Assembly (NCBI RefSeq): GCF_006345805.1
Contig: NC_042997.1
Coordinates: forward strand, 150,226,001 to 150,290,000
Length of the DNA: 64,000 nt
Direction of reading: 5' to 3'
DNA from: Octopus sinensis
Lineage: Eukaryota
A program made the position numbers and the translations under genes. Positions within the stretch are counted from its first letter, which is position 1. Every line of letters begins with the position of its first letter. Shown here in pieces: positions 12,305-23,599 of this stretch. Under the pieces are notes generated by a model, which had not been told where the DNA came from, searched no databases, and saw only the letters and a list, made by a program, of their open reading frames with translations.

Positions 12305-13450
12305 CCAAATATGCAACTATAGCCACCTTCATATTCACAATCAGCATCATAACTACCACCATTACCATCATCATCTTCACTATTATCGCAATCATCGCTA
12401 TCGTCATCGGCGTTGACACCAATACTATCCAATAACCACACCATCACCATCCTCATGATCTTCCCTACCCTTACAATCTTCCCACTCTCCCTCCGCTTCA
12501 TTCTTCTCCTTCTTCTGCCTCTCCTTATCGTCATCATCATCATCATTGTTTGCCGTCCTCAAAATATTGAATTACATACAATCTATAACTCAGCAGTCAC
12601 ATTAATACCACAACCACCACCATCACCACCACCATCACCACCACCACCACCACCATTTCCACGACTAACCATCTCTGCCATCACAACCACTACCACCAGC
12701 ACCATCACAAGAACTAATAACACTACCACCACCACAACTACAACTACTCGCAATAAAGAAACCTTTGCAATTATAACCAACATGAAGAGTGAGGCTCTAC
12801 AAAGTCAATCGATATGCTAGATATAGCAGCTAAAACTCCCTTATATCATGTCCTACCCACATGCTTATATTACGATGTACTGGATTTTCTTGATGTGAAA
12901 AAAAACCCGAAAAAACAAAAAAAAAAACGGGTTGGTTTGGGCTGGTATGAGTTGATCACAGGTCTGCTCGATTATATTTGACCTAGGGCTAAATGACAAC
13001 GGCAACGCCAACAATAATGATCCTACCACCAACCTCAGCAGTCAAAAGTAATAATAGTAGATCCCATAGTCCCTGCCTGGAAAACAAACAACACAATAAA
13101 TACCAGCTGAGCAGAAGTGTCATTACCACCAACATGATACTACCTCCTGCAAAACACTCAACTTTCTCATTACTACACCCTCCACATCCCACCATCATCA
13201 CCACTAATTCTCTTATTGCTTCTTATCACACCATAACTGCCTTAGCTATTAATTACACCCGTTCCTAATAGTATCACCCTCCCACCACTACTCACTGACA
13301 ACGTCATCTTCATAGCACTGAATATCCACACTTTCACCAACCATCACTATAAATGATAACGACGTGATCGCTGATAATGACGATGATGACGATGATGATG
13401 ATGAGGATGATGATGATGGAAATGAAGGAAAATGAAATGAAGATGGATGG
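7995..13450. repeat. Extended cryptic trinucleotide low-complexity domain (CAT/CAC/TAC/AAC) in patches
   Basis: Dense at 7995-9185, 10940-11440 and 11940-13450; explains the His/Thr/Ile/Val-run ORFs. Confidence 0.85.
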
Positions 13451-13674
13451 ACGTTTTAATGATCTTTCTTCCCAGCACCCAACCACTACGTTCAACTGAC
13501 ACAGATGTATTTACATTTTTTCTGAGCAAACACAGCCCAGACTATAGATTTTATAAAATAATGGTGTCGATATAAATATGAATAATCTGTTCTAGCGTAA
13601 GTACAAAGCCGCTGATTTGGCGGGAAAAGACGACAATCGATTATAACAAACGTGGTATATAACTGGTATTTTAT

Positions 13675-13791
13675 TGTAGCAAACCCGAAGGTATGAAGGG
13701 CTAAAGTAACCTCTGTAGCAAACCCGAAGGTATGAAGGGCTAAAGTAACCTCTGTAGCAAACTCGAAGGTATGAAAGGCAAAAGTAACCTC
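13675..13791. repeat. 39-bp tandem repeat x3 derived from a SINE central domain
   Basis: Unit TGTAGCAAACCCGAAGGTATGAAGGGCTAAAGTAACCTC starts at 13675, 13714 and 13753; resembles ACCCCGAAAGGATGAAAGGCAAAGTCGACCTC of family B. Confidence 0.85.
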
Positions 13792-14214
13792 TACGGGATG
13801 GAATCACAGCATTAAAAAAATCCTCGGAGCAAATACAACTAGGTATTCTCTTCGACACTCTACAGATTTTGCAAATAATAATCATAATATACATTTCTTG
13901 TTTTGCCACAAGGCCACCAAGCTCGGGGAAAAGTTAAACCGACTACGTCGACCGCAGTGCGCAGCTGGAACTTATTTTAACGATCCCCGTAAAGAATGAA
14001 AGGCAAAGTTGACCACAGCAGAATCTAAAGTGAGAACGAGAGGGTAAGGGAGGGAAAGGTCACCAAGCATTTTCTCTGGCGCGTTAAAGATTCTGCCAGG
14101 GCCACTGCCTCGATAATAATAATGATAATGATTTCTTTTATTCACCACAAGGACAATATCAAAGGACGAGTTACGGCAAACAAGAGCAAAAAACAGCTGG
14201 TGGTGGGTTACATG

Positions 14215-14487
14215 ACAGTTTTATATTTAAGAGATGAGGAATTATGTACGTTATTTACATTTGACGGATTTTTGTCCTCATCTCCTTGTTAACACAACGA
14301 TTCGGCTGATATACCCTCCAACCTTCATCAGGTGTCCTGGGGAAATTTCGAACCTGGGTTCTCATTCCTAAGGTATTTTTCGATATTATTATTATTATTA
14401 TTATTCAAGTTACTGCCTGGAATCCGAACTCGGAATCTTGGGGTTAGTAGCCTGCGCTCTTAACCACTACGCCACATGCCCACGGGC
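14215..14487 (-). mobile_element. tRNA-headed SINE-like element with an internal hammerhead-like motif
   Basis: Minus strand: A box TGGCGTAGTGG, anticodon-like loop CTACTAA, B box GTTCGGATTCC, (AAT)n linker, then GACAC-CTGATGA-A-GGTTG(10 nt)CAGCC-GAATCGTT-GTGTT and an AT-rich tail. Confidence 0.8.
14291..14336 (-). ncRNA. Minimal type I hammerhead ribozyme-like motif
   Basis: Perfect CTGATGA core, 5-bp stem II with one G-U pair, stem I GACAC/GTGTT; GAAA is mutated to GAAT in this copy. Confidence 0.7.
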
Positions 14488-14507
14488 ATATGGTGTGTGT
14501 AAATACA

Positions 14508-14572
<65 letters not shown>

Positions 14573-15246
14573 GCATACACATACACACATATATATATAT
14601 ATATGTATATATCCACACCCGTGAATATATCTATTAAAACGTAAATTTTTTTTTTAATATATGCTTTCTGACGTCTCCTTCTTTTGGATACATGTTTGTA
14701 ACGAAAATACGTACATGTAATTGACTTTGATTTCATTAGCATGTAATAAATTAATCAACGTATGGTTACCACTGTTATTTATTCATGAAGACGTGGGCTC
14801 AAATTTTTAAACCACTGGAAACTTTCGAGAAAAGCTGAAAATTCGAGAAAACACGATATGGCAACTTTTGATGCCTTTAGCTTCAGCATCAAACGATAAT
14901 AATTAAATTCAGAAGGAGGCTATAAAACTTGTGGCAACGCCGGTGGACATAAACAGATAGATATCAATATATACAAAGCAGTTTCGATATAATTTAGTTT
15001 CTTCTCTTCACTGCTGACGAAGGTGAGATATGTAGCTATGTAATTTATATACATATTTCTACTATAAATATGGGACCTATGTCCAGGTAAAGAATGTATA
15101 GGGTATGTATGTTTATTTATATGTATGTATATCGGCACCTTAGATTTGATTCCATTCTACTCCTTTGCGCTTTATGCAAAATCTTTGCTGGAAAGAATGT
15201 TCTCGTTATATCTCCGAAACTTTGTTTCTTATTGCTAATATATATA

Positions 15247-15409
15247 GGCGTAGGAGTGGCTGTGTGGTAAGTAGCTTGCTAACCAACCACATGGTTCCGG
15301 GTTCAGTACCACTGCGTAGCACATTGGGCAAGTGTCTTCTACAATAGCCTCGGGCCGGCCTAAGCCTTGTGAGTGGATTTGGAAGACCGAAACTAAAAAG
15401 AAGCCCATC

Positions 15410-15449
<40 letters not shown>

Positions 15450-15576
15450 TATATATATAATAAATAAAGACAAGAAACGATTGTAGTGGCGGTTTTTTTG
15501 ACTATTTATTAAAATTTTATGTATTGATTAAGTCTTTCCTTGTTTGTTTTGCAAAATAGTGGTTTTGTCTCTAATA

Positions 15577-15638
<62 letters not shown>

Positions 15639-15861
15639 TGCGTGTGTATATGTTTGTGTGTCAGTGTTTGTCCCCCCAATATCGCTTGACAATCGATTCT
15701 GGTGAGTTTAATTCCCTGTAACTTAGCACTTCGGCAAAAGAGACCGATAGAATAAGTACTAGGCTAACAAAGAATAAGTCCTGGGCTTGAGTTGCTTGAC
15801 TAAAGGCGGTGTTCCAGCTTGGCCACAGTCAAATGACCGAAACAAGTAAAAGAGTAAAAGC
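15247..15861 (+). mobile_element. tRNA-derived SINE family A, full length, interrupted in its TA tract
   Basis: Head GGCGTAGGAGTGGCTGTGTGG..GGTTCAGTACC; tail CAAGTAAAAGAGTAAAAG; unrelated insert at 15460-15582. Confidence 0.92.
15460..15582. mobile_element. About 120-bp foreign insert in the SINE TA tract, possibly a PLE terminal fragment
   Basis: Absent from the other family A copies in the window; bounded by TA runs on both sides; carries a GACAAGAAACGA half-motif. Confidence 0.4.
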
Positions 15862-16593
15862 GTATATATGATGTGCATACAATCCGAGTAGGTCACAGTA
15901 CTTTTTAAAAAGTTTGAAAAATACTCACAGTTTAGTTAAAGGCAAAAAGATTTCAATAATGTCGATAAAAAAGAACACTTGTTATTTATTATGCCAGTAG
16001 TAGTTTTAACAGTAGATTCAGCTTCTTAAAAGAACCTTGTAGTCATTCTATGTTTGTTTGAAACATCAAACAAGAATATCAGGCATCGATCTCGATTCGA
16101 TTGAATTATTAATATCTAAAAGTAAGTGCTTTTCATTTGAAGTCTTGAAACTCAATGATAATATTTTTTCTCCGTTTCTTGGTAATGAGAACTGAGTTAT
16201 GTGTATATTGAAATGGCTGATGATTTTCTTGATGTAGACATTAATCAAAAATAAGGTAGGGATTTCTAACGTAGACTTCTCAATGCAACACAATTTAGGC
16301 TATGCATATGGGTGATTCATTCGACCGCTTCAGATTTTTGACTAAACAATACACACGATGTTCAACGCTCAACAAACCGTCACTCGCATAATAGCAAAAT
16401 ACTTATTCAATTAAAGAGTGAAAAAACAAAATAGTCATGAAGAAGGTAGTGCCCATAGCGCATTGTAGGACCTCCGAAACTGGAGAGAGAAGGTGGAGAA
16501 GGTATTCTCAAACCAGAAATCGGCCCTGAATGGATAAGACAAAATAGACACATTTAGAGGATGTTAGGTGTTGGTATTAAAATGGTATTAAAA

Positions 16594-16822
16594 GGCGCCA
16601 GCTGGCAGAAACGTTAGCACGCCGGGCGAAATGCTTAGCGGTATTTCGTCTGCGTTACGTTGTGAGTTCAAATTCCGCCGAGGTCGACTTTGCCTTTCAT
16701 CCTTTCGGGGTCGATAAATTAAGTACCAGTTACGCACTGGGGTCGATGTAATCGACTTAATACCTATGTCTGTCCTTGTTTGTCCCCTCTGTGTTTAGCC
16801 CCTTGTGGGTAATAAAGAAATA
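16594..16822 (+). mobile_element. tRNA-derived SINE family B (Meta-domain-like core), tandem unit 1
   Basis: A-box-like TGGCAGAAACG, B box GAGTTCAAATTCC, core GGTCGACTTTGCCTTTCATCCTTTCGGGGTCGATAAATTAAGTACCAG. The domain name is from memory and needs checking. Confidence 0.92.
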
Positions 16823-16843
16823 GGTATTAAAATGGTATTAAAA

Positions 16844-17072
16844 GGCGCCAGCTGGCAGAAACGTTAGCACGCCGGGCGAAATGCTTAGCGGTATTTCGTC
16901 TGCGTTACGTTGTGAGTTCAAATTCTGCCGAGGTCGACTTTGCCTTTCATCCTTTCGGAGTCGATAAATTAAGTACCAGTTACGAACTGGGGTCGATGTA
17001 ATCGACTTAATACCTATGTCTGTCCTTGTTTGTCCCCTCTGTGTTTAGCCCCTTGTGGGTAATAAAGAAATA
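16844..17072 (+). mobile_element. SINE family B, tandem unit 2
   Basis: Three substitutions relative to unit 1; 250-bp period. Confidence 0.92.
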
Positions 17073-18385
17073 GGTATTAAAATGGTATTAAAATGGAGAA
17101 AGTCTCTATACCAAGTAAGCTGAGGCAGGATTTGAACCCAGAACCCAAAGAAGCTGAACAAACACCTCAAGGTGTTCTTCCAATCAACCGCCTTGAAATA
17201 GCATTTTTCGATCAACATCGAGGAAATGGAAGGCGAAGTTGTTCTTTGCGGAATTTGAAATCAGCGCACAGAGAAGAAAAGCAAATATCACGAAGGATTA
17301 TGTCTGACGCTCTGACGGCTGTGCGGTTTCGCTTCCTACACTAAGGAATTTTTGTTCATGGGGAAGGAACAGTCCATTATATTGAGATCAGTACCTATCT
17401 AATAGTTACATTCTCTCAGGCAATCATAAACGCCAAATAGATCCCAACAACATTTTAATTCAGGAAGTAACATCATTTTTATTAAATAGCTACTAGTTTG
17501 TCTATTTGTGATGATTCCGCCATCCCACTACGCTTTTAATAACAATGATTCAAAAATTTAATGATGATAATGATTACCAGCAAACTTCAAGTAGGGACCG
17601 GAGACGTCAGTTTATTAAACCAACCCCAATATTTTACTGATACGCTATTTTACCGGTATTAGAATGATTAAAACCAATGTTGGCCCTAAAATATAGATCG
17701 GAAATAGACGTAATGAAACACCACATGGAACATTCTTTATCAGCAATTTAATGGTTTGCGGGACCATCCGATTATCCCCAATTCTGTACATAACCGGTGT
17801 TTTCTTTACTGCATCCATGAATAATTATAGGTTAGAGAGGAAACTTTGCATCTCACATACGCAAAAGCAACGTGTTTTCGAAGAAAAGAGATAGTCCATT
17901 ACAACAGCAGTAGTACATGGTTGACACTTAATTTTTTGAACCGTTGTAAGCAAAAAATAAAGCAAGGATGACAAGTAGAGGATTTGAACTGAAGACATAG
18001 GGAGACGTAATTAAATACCACAAGCCATTCAGTCCGGTACTTCAAGGCAAAGGTTACAGATTTGATGGGAGTGAACTGTCAACTAATTCGACCTCAGTGT
18101 TTGACTTGTACATTATTTGATCAAACTGAAAGACAAAATAATAATATTATTAATATTAATAATAATGAATATGACGTCAATGGAATTTGATATTCGCGTT
18201 GCTAGATTCTTTTTGTTAGTATTGTTGCTTTGTTCATTGCTGCAGTTGGCGTTGTTGTTGCTTCTGTTGTCAAGCTATGAATTATTAATTGCATGTTCTC
18301 AATCATGCTGCTGGAAATACATTTGCAGATATAGTGCTCATAATTTATCACCATGTATCCCACACTCTTTCAGTGGTCTTGTCTC

Positions 18386-18427
<42 letters not shown>

Positions 18428-19371
18428 ATTTTAGTATCTTTTTCTCAGTGAAATGTATATTTTGTTTCTCTCATTAAAACAATTTCCTGAATGTCATCAT
18501 TAGCCTCAACCGACGTCGTTTCTATGTGGCAGCCACCCATTCTGATAATTGCTAGTTAACTACTGAGATGATGATCCCTGCAGCAATCTCAAGGGATCTT
18601 ATATCACATCGCTATATATCTGATATTTCAAATTTGAAAAACAAATTCCACTAGCATCTCAAAGTTTTCTGTTTTCGATAATATTTTAAGTTTTCAGTTC
18701 TTTTTCTTTTTCTTCTCTTGTCACGGGTGTTTATACTGTCGGCGACACATTGTTGTGTTTCTAAGCTAGAAATTCAACCTATTTCACTTCACTTAACAGA
18801 ATAACAGAAGACGTATCCTTTTCACATAAAACTATATAATCCGAGTGTAAGCTTCAGCAAAGTACGAGAATGAAGTCAACTGAATGGACACAAAAGCACA
18901 GCTGACTCGGCATAGAAAGATGAAAGAGAAAATTACTTCTGGCGTGTATCCAACTTTACACACTAGAGGGACGAAAATATGTACTTCAAAATATCTAGTT
19001 GAAATACGCTGAAGCATATTAGTTAAATTCTTCTTCGTTCTCTTAAGTAGTATAATGTAGTTCGTTTTCTGCTTTCTAGTTTTCTTCCATTGTATTGCTC
19101 ACCAGCATAAAACAGAGAAAATTGAATGTAGTTTTAACAGTTAGACTAGACTATTATAAGTATTCCCCTTTTTGCTTTGACCCCTTGAGACGTGAATAAA
19201 TACTTCAGAAGGGTTTGAACTGAAGATGTAAAGGGTGGAAATGAAATATCAGCTTCTTAGATTCTAATTTATTGCCGTTTAAATCAATTATAGCGCTACT
19301 GCTACCAAATATCACCACACAGAGATGAATGTCAAAGTGGAGGTTTGAATAGGAAATCATGGTGGATCGCT

Positions 19372-19426
<55 letters not shown>

Positions 19427-19528
19427 GAGAGAGAGAGAGAGTAGGCACTGTAAATATAAATGTTTTATTCACTTTTATTCACTCATGCTAATGAAGTGAT
19501 ATTACAATTCAATAAGGAGCTTCTAAGT

Positions 19529-19610
19529 CGGTGTTTCTCAACCCTTTTTAGCCTTGCGTAACCAATAAAATAAATGTAATGTCTCAAGGAACCCCTGCAC
19601 AAAAAAAAAA
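19529..19610 (+). mobile_element. hAT (Charlie-like) left-end relic
   Basis: CGGTGTTTCTCAACC resembles the CAGTGTTTCTCAACC terminus and is preceded by TTCTAAGT (Charlie-like target). No right TIR found. Confidence 0.35.
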
Positions 19611-20479
19611 AATTATATGCCATATCTTTCTCATATTTTTCATCGTAGTTCACGTGGTAAACATCATACATATAAATATATATATACCCACTAGCTTAAA
19701 AGCCGCCCGACAGGGCTGCTTTTAAAGTAGCTCCTGTGGAGGGCACTTCATTGGGCCTTGGGCCCAACAATGACACTTCATGAATTGAGTACATATTAAA
19801 TTTTATTAAACTTGACCAATATTGTTCAAGCAGTAAGCAATTTTCATCAAAACAATGATATAATTTGTCGACTTGGAACATTCAGGGGTCAGTACAATTT
19901 CTTTTCTGTCTAACCTATTCTCTCTCTCTCTCTCTCTCTCTCCCTCTCTCTTGATTGTTTCCAACCATCACCAGTATTACCACCATTTCCACCACATATG
20001 CCATACACACACCATACAGACGTCTGACGCTACTACCACCATCACCACTGTCTTTCACATCACTTACTATCACCATTTTCCCTGACTTCTTCAGCTACCA
20101 TCAACACCACCACCGTCGCCACTGCCTCTATCACAGCTACAGCTCATACTATTACTATCACGCTATTACCATCACAACCACCAATCTACTATCTTCTCTA
20201 CTATTACTCACACCTCAACATGAGCAATAGTAGGAGTGTCAATGATTAGTGGGAGTGTGACACAGTGACACATAGAAATTAGTTTTCCCGGTTGAGAAAC
20301 GCTGCTCGTGAAATTACCCGATCTGCCAGAAATATGAGTATTATATTCCTGCAATCTCATTCTTCCGACGTAAAATTGGAAGGGTATATTGCATTGCGTG
20401 ATTCTACCTCAGATTTCTTCAGCCTACTTTTACCGAAGCCTCACATTCACTTCAAAAGATATATGTATATATATATATA

Positions 20480-20790
20480 TATATATAAATGGTGAGATAA
20501 CAAAAGAAAGAAAGAGACCTCGATATTATGTGAATAGAGGATGTATCTGTAAATCTAATATGTGACAGTTATTCGGTAGCCATGATAAAACTCCGAGTTT
20601 CGGATGCCGAGCTGAAGTTTTATTCACTGTTAATCACACCCTATTCTGAAATAATCCACGTCTCACCGAAATAGTGTCATCTCCAACTGGTGGTGAGCGC
20701 ACTCACCCTTTAGAAACTGTTGTATACTGAATATGTTCGCCATGATATGCAAGTAGTGTTAGTTTGATTTATTAGTATTGAGCTTAAAAC
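20480..20790. mobile_element. Possible PLE-type terminal relic abutting (TA)n
   Basis: GCCATGATA motif shared with the 470-690 relic; minus-strand CATCCGAAACTCGGAG half-motif. Confidence 0.35.
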
Positions 20791-21811
20791 ACCCCACGCA
20801 GAAAATATTTAGAATGGATAACTTTGGATTGAGAACAAAACCTAAATTTTACATTTTGCTCATGTTTTTCGTACACATTGCTCAAATTTTTACTAACACG
20901 TTTTTCTCTTTCCTGGCCAGCTGTTAGCTTATTTTACTTTGAATATCGTTATATTCCATGCGATATAATAGTAAAAGAAAAAAAGAGAAGAAAATTGTGA
21001 GGTCTGTCAATACAGAAATATTTGTTCCCTCTGTAATAAGTATATATGGACAATTCGCTTTGATCTCCTTGTCAATCTCGACAGGAATTTCCCAGATGAC
21101 AGTTGCTAAGTGATTACCATATGCATATACTATGCTTGGTATATGCTTAACCTATTTCTTATTTGTTATCATGTCGAAGTGTCAACGTATTTCCCAGTTG
21201 ACACTGTGAAGTCGATTCAACCGTGTAAGTTCATACACTTGGAATACACTTGGGTCAGGCAGACGATTGCGTGGATCAGTTCACTGTACATATTTTACTA
21301 CATACCTATGTTAACGAGTACTTTGAGTAGAATATGACTGACAGAAACTGTTCCAAAGCCCATCGCGCGATATATATATATATATACACGTGTTACATCA
21401 ACGAAGTCCTTTGTGATAATGAAATATTTTGCACGAAGTTAGAGATGCTCCCTTGTCACTGACAGAAATGGACTGAACCTATTTTTGGCCAGTGGGGATA
21501 CTGCAAATGATGACGTTATTAACAAATTGCGACGAAAGAATTAATAATAAAATAAAGGTAAAAAAATGTTCTCACCGTACTAATTGCATAGCCTGCATAC
21601 GATAATTATCTTCTGCTACATTATATTTCTTGTTCATTCATTATTTGTGATTAGCTGTTTATTCTCTGCAGTTAAAATCAGAGCTTCCATGTCTGTTTTT
21701 AGCACAGATATGAAAAAACAAAAAACAAAAAAAAAACTGCTTTCTCATTAGCTTGCATCCCATTTGTCTAGTCGTTCTTTAGTGCCTTATATGTCTTTAG
21801 CGAAGGCTTAG

Positions 21812-22260
21812 GTGTTCGACAATGACTGTCTCCACCGCATTCTTCGCTGCCGACGCATTGATCGGGTTCCTACAGCCGGTCTTCGTCATCACCTGAATCT
21901 CCGGTTCCTTCTTTCGGTGCTTCTACAACGGCGCTTAAAGTAGTTCGGTCATGCGGCCCGGCGTCCAGAGGGTGAGCTGATTCGCGATGTCCTCCTCCCA
22001 CCTCCACTTCCCAACTGGTGCAAACGCAAGGGCGGGCAGCTGAAGACCTGGGCAACGACGATAAAGGAGGACCTCTCCGAACTCTCAGGTTCGCAGGTGG
22101 TCGGTCTGCGCAGATGGAACCGAGATTGGCTCGCTATCTCCAGTGACTTCGCACAGGAACGCCGAGCGTGGGCCGCCGTGATTCGTGATGCTATCAGGAC
22201 CAGAGAAGAAGCTTGCTCAACCCGCCCTGGGTTAACGCCGTCACAAGTACAAGTAAAGTA
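21812..22260 (+). mobile_element. RTE-clade LINE, 5'-truncated 3' fragment (ORF2 C-terminus and tail)
   Basis: Reads VFDNDCLHRILRCRRIDRVP..QRRLK*FGHAARR..KRKGGQLKTW..AQERRAWAAVI; one stop at 21941; GC-rich; ends CAAGTACAAGTAAAGTA. Confidence 0.9.
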
Positions 22261-23274
22261 CTTACTCGTCTTCCTTAGAGTATTTTGTAATTCCCTTTCA
22301 AATTTACCATGCTTTACTAACTTATCATTTGTTTTGTCCTTCTCCGATTCTTTTACTTCATTTTACTTAGTTCTTTGTACTTTATTCTTTATATGAATTG
22401 ATAAAGCTACGTTTACTTATAAATATTTTTTAAGTTCCACTCTAGTAAATCTATTTCCAAATTTTCCCAGTCGTCACTTGATGACAAATAGAACAATGTT
22501 ATGAATAAACTAGTACGGGTTATACGCAGAAGACATAGGCAGGCAACGCAAACATGTAGGATATGGTAATATATAAATAAAAAAACATGCCCAAATTAGA
22601 TATTAGTGATCATGAGTGCAAGTAAACAATTATCAACGAAGACCCTAAAAGTAATTTATTCCAATTCGCGACGTTAGAATGTCTTGATCAGTTCCTTTAT
22701 TCTATTACTAATCCAAGTAGCTTTACTGTGAACGCAATTTAGTAGAAAGGAACAGCAGCCAAAGATAACTTTTAGGTACATTGCTAATTTTTCTTGCTGT
22801 CCACGAGACACTACTTACCTATTCGGTAAAATGCGATTGATAGACAGACACACACACACACAGAGACTGACGACTTCGTCGTATTAAATACTGACGTAAA
22901 CACTACTAACATCCTCAGTTTCTAATAAATTATTTAAGCGAAATAAAAGTGCTAATACATGCAACATAATTGTGTATTAATCTCGTTGGCAAGTTTACAA
23001 TAGTTTCTTAATAAACCAAATTCTATAATCGAATTTTCATAAACGTTCGCAGATAGGTGATGAAAAACTCGGAGTAATGATGAGCTAAATTTCACCTTCA
23101 AATAAAAAACATCTTAATGATTGGTTACTTACTGATTTAGACACACAAAAAAACAAAACACACACACACACACACATATAGATGCACGTACACACATACA
23201 CACAACCACATATAATAACAATTAAAAGCCGTCACGAATTACTTGAAAGTTCATGCATGTTTATTGGCAAGTCG

Positions 23275-23599
23275 GTGAGGGCGCGTGGCTTAGTGGTTAG
23301 GGCATTCGGCTCATGATCGTAAGGTTGTGATTTCGATTCCCGGCGACGCGTTGTGTCCTTGAGCAAGACACTTTATTTCACGTTGCTCCAGTCCACTCAG
23401 CTGGCAAAAATGAGTTGTACTTGTATTTCAAAGGGTCAGCCTTGTCACTCTCTGTGTCACGCTGATTTTCCCCGAGAACTACGTTAAGGGTACACGTGTC
23501 TGTGGAATGCTCAGCCATTTGCACGTTAATTTCACGAGCAAGCTGTTCCGTTGATCGTATCAGCTGGGACCCTCGTCGTCGTAACCGGCGGAGTCTTTA
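23275..23599 (+). mobile_element. tRNA-derived SINE family D with 12-bp TSD
   Basis: A box TGGCTTAGTGG, B-box-like TTTCGATTCCC, core GTGTCCTTGAGCAAGACACTTTA..CCAGTCCACTCAGCTG; TSD ATTGGCAAGTCG at 23263-23274 and 23600-23611. Confidence 0.92.

Noticed and set aside
11808-12416. 202-aa His-rich ORF and overlapping Met/Val-rich antisense ORFs
   Set aside because: Translation of CAT/CAC/TAC repeats, which lack stops; no splice or domain support.
13675-13791. CRISPR-like array
   Set aside because: Contiguous units without spacers, SINE-derived, eukaryotic context.
14983-15015. Minus-strand TGAAGA..GAAAC motif
   Set aside because: Core lacks C3 and stem II does not pair.
17720-17950. Tc1-like terminus TACAACGGTTCAAAAAATT on the minus strand
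   Set aside because: No matching second TIR or catalytic motif.
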